From assembly GCF_000181795.1 (NCBI RefSeq), contig NW_003526941.1, positions 1,715,469 to 1,751,430 of the forward strand: DNA of 35,962 nt, given 5' to 3'. Shown in pieces: positions 27,292-35,962 of the stretch (the stretch's first letter is position 1; every line of letters starts with the position of its first letter). Source of the stretch: Trichinella spiralis (lineage: Eukaryota). The position numbers and the translations under genes were made by a program. A model generated the notes under the pieces. The model did no database searches. It saw nothing but the letters and a program-made list of their open reading frames with translations, and was not told the DNA's origin.

Positions 27292-27490
27292 TTTGTATTT
27301 AATTTTTAATGATGATTTGTTTTATGCGTCTGCTGCTGCTTGCATGGCCTCTGCTACGAATAATGCTTGTGGTTTTGCATTTCAATTCTACGGCAGAGTT
27401 CCAGTTTTTTACAATTTTACCACTATTATCTACGGTGCAATCAATATTAAACTGTTTTATGCATGCATACATGTACAGATATATTTCTGC

Positions 27491-27496
27491 AATAAA
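27491..27496 (+). promoter_or_regulatory. Candidate polyadenylation signal of the TMEM179-like gene
   Basis: AATAAA 200 nt after the stop codon. Confidence 0.4.
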
Positions 27497-27690
27497 AAGA
27501 ACAGTGAAAAAGAAGAATGGAAAAAGTAAAAGTTTCATATTTTTCATCATTTTTATTTTTAAAGCGACACTTACTATTCATAATGTGGTATATGTAGTGC
27601 TTGAAAATGGAAATATGTTTTGTGCAGAACACACGCATATGCATATATATATATATTTATTTATTTATTTATTTATTGTTTTTTTTTCTT

Positions 27691-29202
27691 TTAAGTTTTC
27701 ATTCGGTTAGCACATTTTTTATCCAATTTAGCCGTGGATGCGCATTTTTCAAGCATGTACGATTGGCCACGACAACCAGAATTGAAATGAGCATCTGAAT
27801 AGCGACAAGTCCGTGTACGGGTTCGTTGGCCGCATTCGCAGTTCGACCACGCAGACCACGGTGCCCAGTCGGCTGTTTCCATTTGAAATTGTAATTCCAA
27901 TTCATTGCTAAAAGTCAAGCTATTCGAGTGGGTTTGGTGATTGGTCAGATGGGCAGGATGGAAACTGATTTTTCCATTTGCCGTTGAATTGTGCAGATTC
28001 GGTTTCAGCGCTTCGACCTCGCTATGGTCCAGTGTTGGAGTTTCTGCTATGGACGTAGTGATGGTCGATGATGGCGGTGCTGATTTGTTCAAAATTTGTA
28101 CGCTTTTGATCGGTTCTTTCTGCAATGACAGTGGTGATGTCTCTTCTGACAGTGTTCGTGATGTCGAGAACAGAGCAGGTAATTTCAGATTGTTTGTTGC
28201 ATTTTCTGCTGCCGGGTTTTGCTCTTGTCGGTTTGCTTGCTTGTTGTCAGTAGAAAAAATAACAAGCTTGTTACGTTCCACTGTGTTCGTTTTGTAGAGC
28301 GGACTTGGAGTAGCCGAAGGGGGCCCAGTGCGCTGCGGTGCACGGACATTTGGTCGGTTTGTTGTTCGCTTAGGGTTTTCCATACTTGACAGTGAGGACT
28401 TTTTCAAAGCTGCCATGTTTCGAAGCAGCTCCGAGTTGACTGAATTAGGGATCACTGAATTCTGGAAGGTCAGTTTTTCATTTATTGGAAACGAATTAGT
28501 GGAAATGTTCGTTCTCCTCACTGTTATCGACTGATTCAGTTTGCATGGCTTCGACTCCAAGTTGTTGCCATAGCACCGATGACCACGTATCACACTACAA
28601 GCTCGCACCCGAATTCGCTCCTGATTCTGGCATATACTCCAGTGGGACCATGCAGTCCAAACCGAAGCGTACACTTAAAAATACATAAAGCATCAAGCTT
28701 GTTTCATTAAAAACAAGCCACTAACAGTTGACTCTTGTTTTTCCAACCCTATCTATGCACATACGTAACAGCTAGTGGTGACTGAGCATTTCTATGTGCA
28801 CTATGTTGTATTGTATTGTATTGTATTGTACTGTATTGTGTTGTGTTGTTCTATTGTAAATTCTTACTGTATGAATAATTGTCATGCACAAGTCGGTGCT
28901 TGGGTTTCACAATGGCGCTAACTTGATTGTATCGTAATTTCTGCTTGTGCTCTGCTAAAGCCCGCTTTACGTGATCTTCATCTGCATTGTCAGCTTCCCC
29001 ACTGTTTGAATTTGCAAACGTTTTTTCAGTGCCTGTATTTTCTAAAAGTGTAAACAGATATTTTTTTTAAAAATATTCTCCCCTGTCTTTGCATCATACC
29101 GTTTTCTGGGATAGCTTGAATATGAATGACCAGCAGTGTTGCGGTGATGTAAAAAATGCCAACCTGCTTGAACTTGGGCGCAGTGGACGACAGTTTGATC
29201 AT
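27691..29202 (-). CDS. Putatively secreted protein with two thrombospondin type-1 repeats separated by a Ser/Thr/Pro/Asn-rich linker, about 416 aa
   Basis: Exons 29202-29100, 29032-28868, 28673-27691 give 1251 nt in frame (GT-AG). Signal-peptide-like segment GIFYITATLLVIHIQA. TSR motifs WTAWSHWSIC...RIRVRAC...C and WAPWSAWSNC...RTRTRTC...C. Confidence 0.85.
28806..28849. repeat. (TTGTA)n pentanucleotide repeat in an intron of the TSP1-domain gene
   Basis: gttgtattgtattgtattgtattgtactgtattgtgttgtgttg. Confidence 0.85.
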
Positions 29203-31059
29203 TTGTTCCAATCTGGATGGCAAAATCAAAATTGAGAAAAAAATTTTTTTAATGCAAAGTGTTTTAACCAATAGATTAATAAAAATTTATTTATTGATTC
29301 AAGCGAGCTCTTGTGACACCGTAACCGCCATGAAATGAGCAAACCTTCACTTGTAGAGTGGCTATTTCCTTGTGTATGCGGTGTCACTGGGCGACGAGCT
29401 GCTTGCATTTTAGGTTGACTGACGAAAGTGATGTTGCATCTGATGAACTGGCAACGTTGTTTTCAAGGTCGTCAAAAGCACAACTATATTTGTACGCCGT
29501 GTTAGCTTTTTTATTCCACAACCGCCGCTTTACACTTTTCTATACTATTTATTCTTCATTTGATCTGCTGGCTGATATTTGCACTTATTACATTTCGTTC
29601 TTATCAGAATTCATTTTTTATCACCTGGTATTGTATTTTTATTCTTGAATCATTGGTTTGCATTCAGATCGATCAACGTTTTGAAGTTGATGCGCAGGCT
29701 ACACTGAACAAATTCAGCGAAATTTCATAGTACCGTTGCAAAATAAGCATGTGAACAGTCAGTTTTTTTAGTTGAATTGGGATTAAATTTTCGCTGAAAC
29801 AATGTTGGATGTCCATGTTATAAAGCTCATCATCACTTTCAATGTAGACAGCGTTGGTTGGTTTCACTTGTGACTTCAGCTGTTCACGTTGCGTAATGTA
29901 CTGGTCATGTGGTCAATGGGATAACTGGAACGAAAAGTTGTGTATTCCAATTTAGGCTGCTTCGTCTATTAGGTATGTAGGTCGCATGCATTCATTTTGA
30001 TAGTCTTACCATAATAAAGCAGTGGGAAAATAACATTAAATTGGATCATCTTTTACAGTAGCGGCTTCTAGGACAACGTGAAATTTTTTTGCAGCTCTTT
30101 TCGTGGACTATCAAGAAAATAAAAAGGGGGCGTCAAAAATTTGTTGCATCTCTGAGGTTGCTTTTACTTCGAATTTATTTCAGATTACGAATTCAACAAA
30201 TGACACACAGCCTGTTTGAAAAAAGTTATTAAAATTGAAATCAAATACTATTTTGATTCATTTCCGAATCATAAGCTACTGTTGGCTTGAATTCGAAAAC
30301 TGAAATTTCTCTGGAACAATTTTGACGAAAATATATGGAAACTGAACTGATTTCAAATGCAGCAATTACTAGAAATAGCTGAAATTGTTCATCGACTGAC
30401 AATCACTTTGATCTTTTAATATAAGAAACAGGTAAAAAGTTAATTTCCACTATTTCTAATTTTAAATTCTATATACATTTAATTTGTAGTACTTTAAAAA
30501 GATTTTATTTTTCATTTCAGAATTTTTCTTCTTGATAACTTCATTTCTGTCGTATTAGTAGCAGTATTTTTTACATATTAATTTCCAGGTATAATAATTA
30601 AAAACCAATACTATGGCACATGTATATATATATTTATTTATTTATATATTATATCTTGTTGAATTTCATATGGATTCGCAACGTATTGACAATTAATGCA
30701 AGGTAATTTGATATGGTTGGAATAATTTGCAATGTTGTATTGTTTAAATTTCATGTATGAATGAATTTATACCAGTAATAAACTATGCAAATTTGCAAAA
30801 CCACCATTTCAATAAGAAATTGGGCTATTTAGCCGGTAGCAAGTTATATTTGCATAATGCATCTCTGAAATCTTACTGAATCGACCGTTGAAATTTAATT
30901 AGTAATCTGTTGAGTTACTGAAGCAGCAGTAGGTGACCAGCGCTTTTCCCTCTCTGCACTAAGTGATCTACTTCATTCATGATGGTGTATATAATCTTTA
31001 TGAAAGTAAATTTTGTTGCTCAGAAATTTTTTACATGAATTCTTTTTTATGCAATCTAT

Positions 31060-33330
31060 TTTCAGATATATTCAGGTGTTTTCGACTTGTTTTCATCAAT
31101 TAAAAATTACAGTAAGCAATGAATTACTTTTCTTTCCAATTATTTAAAGAAACTATTATTTTCAATATGTTAAATTTGAGATGTTTTGAATATAAATGAT
31201 AATTTCTATTTTACCGATTGTCGATCATCAAATCATTTTTTTATTTGTCCAAATATTTCAGTTTGTTAAATTGCTAATCTATTAAGTCCGTGTAGTAATA
31301 TAATTTTGAATTGTATGCAAACTTGCAAATAAAAACGTAATAAATTCTGTGATTTAATAAAACGATTTTACTGTACTTAGGCCTCCAGCAGGGGGGCTAT
31401 ATTACTAAATGAAAATTAGGTTGTTTTACTAGAAGCGAAGTAGTTTGCTAGTCGTATAACTTTTTTTCTAGAATGTCCTTCATTCATGCACTGGAATTCA
31501 CTCAGTCGATGGTCACGGCAGCGCGTGGTTAACTCCACCATCATCAATAGTGAAAAGATAAGTTTTTTTTAAATTATATGGCTGATATTCAATGCATGCT
31601 ATTTGCATGACTTTGCAAATTGAAACTAATGGATACTAATACGTGCAATTGATACGTAAATTTTATGATTTAAGAGAAATTAGCATCACCTACACCGCTG
31701 AAATCGAACGGAGGTAAGTAAAAAAGTAAAGAATCAAATGCACTGTTATTCGTTTTATCTAGTTGTTTCATAACAAACATTATTTTTATAATGTTATTCA
31801 GATCCTTGAATTCTCAAAGAATTCGCTATCCCACTCGCTATTTGTCAAATGTGAAAAATGCTGTTAGACGAGTTTTTGCTTTAATTTCTCATTTATTCTT
31901 ATAAGAATATCGAGATTTCAATTTCAGGTAAGTATTTTTTTTCTTTTTTGAATTAATTTTTAGATGAATTGTTTTAGAATTGGTGAAAAGTAACCGAAAC
32001 AGTTTAGGACTGAATCAAGAAGCTGTTTGTAACACGTTGAATTCAAGAGAGATCATCAGGTAAGTTTTTTTACAACTGAAATTTTTTACTTCCTGATATG
32101 CTTGATGGAAATGATTTATTGAGAAGCACTAAATATTTTTAAACTCAGGTAAGTAATTTTTTAAGTGACTCCATTTTATGAATCATTCGAATGATTCCAA
32201 ATGGAGGGAACAGAAGAGAGTATAAGCATAAGCGGAGTTCCGGGAGGATAGGATAGGATAAGATGGAGGAGAGTATAGGTGGAGAGGGAGAGCTTAGGTG
32301 GCCAGGGAGAGTACAGGAGGAGAGGGAGANNNNNNNNNNGATGTTTTGAATAATAATGATAATTTCTATTTTTCCGATTGTCGATCATCAAATCATTTTT
32401 TTATTGTCCAAATATTTCAGTTGGTTAAATGCTAATCTATTAAGTCCGTGTAGTAATATAATTTTGAATTGTATGCAAACTTGCAAATAAAAACGTAATA
32501 AATTCTGTGATTTAATAAAACGATTTTACTGTACTTAGGCCTCCAGCAGGGGGGCTATATTACTAAATGAAAATTAGGTTGTTTTACTAGAAGCGAAGTA
32601 GTTTGCTAGTCGTATAACTTTTTTTCTAGAATGTCCTTCATTCATGCACTGGAATTCACTCAGTCGATGGTCACGGCAGCGCGTGGTTAACTCCACCATC
32701 ATCAATAGTGAAAAGATAAGTTTTTTTTAAATTATATGGCTGATATTCAATGCATGCTATTTGCATGACTTTGCAAATTGAAACTAATGGATACTAATAC
32801 GTGCAATTGATACGTAAATTTTATGATTTAAGAGAAATTAGCATCACCTACACCGCTGAAATCGAACGGAGGTAAGTAAAAAAGTAAAGAATCAAATGCA
32901 CTGTTATTCGTTTTATCTAGTTGTTTCATAACAAACATTATTTTTATAATGTTACTCAGATCCTTGAATTCCCAAAGAATTCGCTATCCCACTCGCTATT
33001 TGTCAAATGTGAAAAATGCTGTTAGACGAGTTTTTGCTTTAATTTCTCATTTTTTGTTTTGTAGGTTTTATTCTTATAAGAATATCGAGATTTCAATTTC
33101 AGGTAAGTATTTTTTTTCTTTTTTGAATTAATTTTTAGATGAATTGTTTTAGAATTGGTGAAAAGTAACCGAAACAGTTTAGGACTGAATCAAGAAGCTG
33201 TTTGTAACACGTTGAATTCAAGAGAGATCATCAGGTAAGTTTTTTTACAACTGAAATTTTTTACTTCCTGATATGCTTGATGGAAATGATTTATTGAGAA
33301 GCACTAAATATTTTTAAACTCAGGTAAGTA
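31060..33330 (+). other. Putative plus-strand micro-exon gene fragment, present in both duplicate copies
   Basis: AG|GTAAGT donors at 31714, 31928, 32060 and 32149 with matching acceptors; a phase-consistent peptide can be assembled from copy 2. Confidence 0.35.
32330..32339. other. Assembly gap (10 N)
   Basis: Run of N. Confidence 1.
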
Positions 33331-33442
33331 ATTTTTTAAGTGACTCCATTTTATGAATCATTCGAATGATTCCAAATGGAGGGAACAGAAGAGAGTATAA
33401 GCATAAGCGGAGTTCCGGGAGGATAGGATAGGATAAGATGGA

Positions 33443-33556
33443 GGAGAGTATAGGTGGAGAGGGAGAGTATAGGTGGAGAGGGAGAGTACAGGTGGAGAGG
33501 GAGAGTACAGGTGGAGAGGGAGAGTACAGGTGGAGAGGGAGAGTACAGGTGAGAGG
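33443..33556 (+). repeat. 19-bp purine-rich minisatellite GGAGAGTA(C/T)AGGTGGAGAG, about 6 copies, running into a gap; partial copy at about 32268-32329
   Basis: Read directly; the ORF translation shows a 19-aa period (3 x 19 nt). Confidence 0.93.
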
Positions 33557-33566
33557 NNNNNNNNNN
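33557..33566. other. Assembly gap (10 N) followed by low-quality homopolymer-rich sequence to about 33830
   Basis: Run of N; the following G/C/A/T homopolymer inflation fades into the clean satellite. Confidence 0.95.
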
Positions 33567-33769
33567 GGGGGGAAATTTTTCGGGGGGGGGAAACCCCCCA
33601 AAAAAAACCGGGGGGGAGAAAAATTTCCAAAAATTTTCCCCGGAACCAACCCCGGGGGGGAAGTATTTTTTTTAAAAATTCCCGGGGGCATAACCCAAAA
33701 GGCCAAATGTTTTTTTAATTTTCCCCAAAAGGGAACCCGGGGGGGTAACCCCGGGGGTTTTTTTTTTTG

Positions 33770-34120
33770 AAAATTTTGAAAAATTTTTGGAAATTTACGG
33801 GAATTTTCCCGGGGGGCAAACCCCGAAGCATAGCCCGAGGGCAAATATTTTGCCTGAAGCATAGCCTGAAGGGAAATGTTTTTTCAAAAATAGCCTAGGG
33901 CATAGCCTGAGGGTAAATATTTTTTAAATTTTGCCTGAAGCGTAGCCTGGGGCGTAGCCCGCGGCAATCTTTTTGAAAATCTCGAAAATTTTCACAAATT
34001 ACGAATAATTTGCCGGAGGCGTAGCCCGAAGCGTAGCCTGAAGGCAAATATTTTGCCTGAAGCATAGCCTAGGGCTTAGCCTGGGGGCAAATCCAAATCT
34101 TGAAATATAGCTTGAGGCAT
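33770..34120. repeat. Composite satellite of 12-bp GC(A/G)TAGCC(T/C)GA(A/G) subunits with an approximately 205-bp higher-order period
   Basis: Repeated gcatagcctgaa/gcgtagcccgaa units. The blocks starting near 33770 and 33975 are collinear. Confidence 0.8.
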
Positions 34121-34269
34121 TGTTTAAGTAAAGTGTATCCCTCTGATGCTACTTTCCGCATAGCTATCCTGCCTCTTCTGTCTTCTCCCAACCTGTACTC
34201 CTCTCCTCACAACCAATACTCCTCTCCTCTTCCAAAGGCTTGGCCTATGATGTGGGCACTTCCAGAATT

Positions 34270-35030
34270 CCAGTTACTTACCTTCTCTTCCAAATCTTCC
34301 TTACCCTGTCAAATTTTTCCTTACCTGGTGAGCAGATGTCTCTTTCTTGAAGTTCTTCCTTCCTACTCTTCTCGATCTTGAGACTGATCTGAAACGTGAC
34401 GTTCACAAAAGTACTTAGAACTTACCGCGACAGGAACGATGTTTACAGATGTTATTCCATTGCAGTCAGTTTCTTCAGGGACCTCCAAGATGTTATGCCT
34501 GAAAAACAGAAATAATTAAATAGCTTAAATAATTAGCGTAAATATTACTTACTTTTGGTGACAGGGTGGTAATTCACACTTTGTGCATTCCCATTTTGTT
34601 TCTTCTTGCAGTGGATTGGTACTGTCAGATTCATACTTACCTTCCTGTCCATATCTTCCTTTTCCTTCTTTTCTTCTACCAATTCCTCACCATATCAAAA
34701 TCTTTTCCTTAGCTGGCGAGCAGATGTCTCTTCTTTCTTCCTCCTCTATTTCTAGTCTTCTCGATGTGATTGTGATCTGAAGCGTCGTTCACATTAGTAA
34801 TACTTAAAACTTACCGCCCCTTGACACGGACGATGTCTTCTTGTTTACAGATGTTCATTGCAGTCAGTTTCTTCAGGGACCTTCACGATGCCATCTTGTT
34901 TAGATACCGCCTGAAAAACAGTAATATAAATTTGAATACCTTAAATAATTAGGTTAAATATTACTTACTTTTGGTGACAGGGAGACAATTCGCACTTTGT
35001 GCATTCCCATTGTTTCTCCTTGCAGTGCAA
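34270..35030. repeat. Diverged tandem duplication with a period of about 390-415 bp
   Basis: Shared strings in both copies: gagcagatgtctctt, cattgcagtcagtttcttcagggacct, gcctgaaaaacag, aaatattacttacttttggtgacaggg, cactttgtgcattcccat. Confidence 0.9.
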
Positions 35031-35041
35031 TGGCGTTGCTG

Positions 35042-35430
35042 TCGATAAACATGTCTATAAAATGAGCAGAATCAAATTTAGCTGTTTTCTAACTGACTAC
35101 GTACCTATTTATGAAAGGAAACATTATCACCATTCATGAAAAATCTCTTGTTTTTCCGTTGCAGCCTCATGCTCCTCTTTCACGAGTGGATGTTGTAGTC
35201 TATAAACAGTTGTGCTTTAACGATGAGTAGATTTAAATAGTACTTAATATTACTTAATTTTTATGGCAGTCGAAGACTTGTTCTTCTTTACTGACCATTC
35301 CCGCTATCTTGTTTTTCTATCTTGTAGTGGTTTTATATTGTCGATAACATGCCTGTGAAATGAGCAGAATTAAATTTCGTTACCTGCTGTCACTTACCTA
35401 CTTACGAAGGAAAACATAATCGTCATGCAT
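35042..35430. repeat. Diverged direct repeat (about 35042-35135 versus 35341-35428), period about 300 bp
   Basis: tcgataa(a)catg..aaatgagcagaat.aaattt...tacgtacctatttatgaaaggaaacat versus ..cttacctacttacgaaggaaaacat. Confidence 0.75.
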
Positions 35431-35962
35431 AAAATGTAGTTGTTCTGTCTGTTCTGGATGGTTCTGTTCATTTGGAAGCAATTTTTTCAGGTTGATTTTC
35501 TCCCAAACTATATGTTCGCAGAGGAGCATTTTCACCAGTTGGAGCACTAAATGCAAGAAGTGTCAGGTACAAGGAAACACGATCCACAGTTTCTTCGCTT
35601 TGCTAGAAATTCATACATTTGAGGTAAATGAATTTTCTCTATTTATAATTGTCACTGATATCAGATAATATTGTCTTATTATGGGTGTGAAATAGCCATA
35701 GTATAAATGTTAATTGAAGACGAATGACAGTGCATCTGATTGAAATTTATATTTACACGTACTATCTGTAAGTGCATTAACTTACTTGTAAAATCATGTG
35801 CGTAGGAAAATAATTCAGCGATGGGGTAAATAAAGATGCTGCTATTCGAGGATTTCTAAAATAAAGTTATAAACTCAGTTAAAATTAAATATCCATACCC
35901 AAATTAACCCTTCAGAGTACATGACGAATACTTACTCATCTTTCTTGTTTTTAATCCAATTT

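Larger units (their letters stand above)
31180..33556 (+). repeat. Near-identical 1.15-kb direct duplication (31180-32329 and 32340 to about 33500) split by an N gap
   Basis: Collinear over its whole length, with a few substitutions and a 17-nt indel (offset changes from 1158 to 1175). Confidence 0.95.
34270..35962 (-). other. Putative multi-exon minus-strand locus of unknown product, possibly a pseudogene or lncRNA
   Basis: Many GTAAG donors (CTTAC on +) and TTTCAG/TAG acceptors bound 60-110 nt purine-rich segments. Frames are only partly open. Confidence 0.35.

Noticed and set aside
26966..27798. 187-aa and 133-aa plus-strand ORFs
   Set aside because: Read-through of TMEM179 introns, the off-frame last exon and the 3' UTR.
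33567..33830. G/C homopolymer tracts as G-quadruplex candidates
   Set aside because: Adjacent to a gap and resemble a corrupted read of the neighbouring satellite; likely a base-calling artefact.
33320..33862. ORFs spanning the N gap with repetitive Pro/Gly/Phe/Lys-rich translations
   Set aside because: Products of the minisatellite and low-quality homopolymer sequence.
33443..34120. Possible CRISPR-like repeat array
   Set aside because: Eukaryotic context, repeats are tandem without unique spacers of constant length, and no cas genes are present.

Overview
AT-rich eukaryotic genomic DNA with short introns (mostly 50-140 nt) and TTTTCAG-type acceptors, most consistent with a nematode (Trichinella-like; taxonomy is inference). 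Five spliced protein-coding genes can be reconstructed by hand: the 5' part of an EHD1/RME-1 ATPase (minus, runs off the left edge), a group II PAK kinase (PAK4/mbt/pak-2-like, plus), an NCX Na+/Ca2+ exchanger (minus), a TMEM179-family membrane protein (plus), and a putatively secreted protein with two thrombospondin type-1 repeats (minus). About 13 kb of non-coding DNA with microsatellites separates NCX from TMEM179. The right 5 kb holds a 1.15-kb near-identical duplication split by N gaps, a 19-bp minisatellite, a composite satellite, and two unidentifiable splice-site-dense segments (possible micro-exon genes or pseudogenes). I found no clearly new biological system. The most notable details are a perfect hairpin over the NCX start codon, a GC-AG intron, two stop-free in-frame introns, a predicted Ca-insensitive NCX CBD2, and the micro-exon-like loci.
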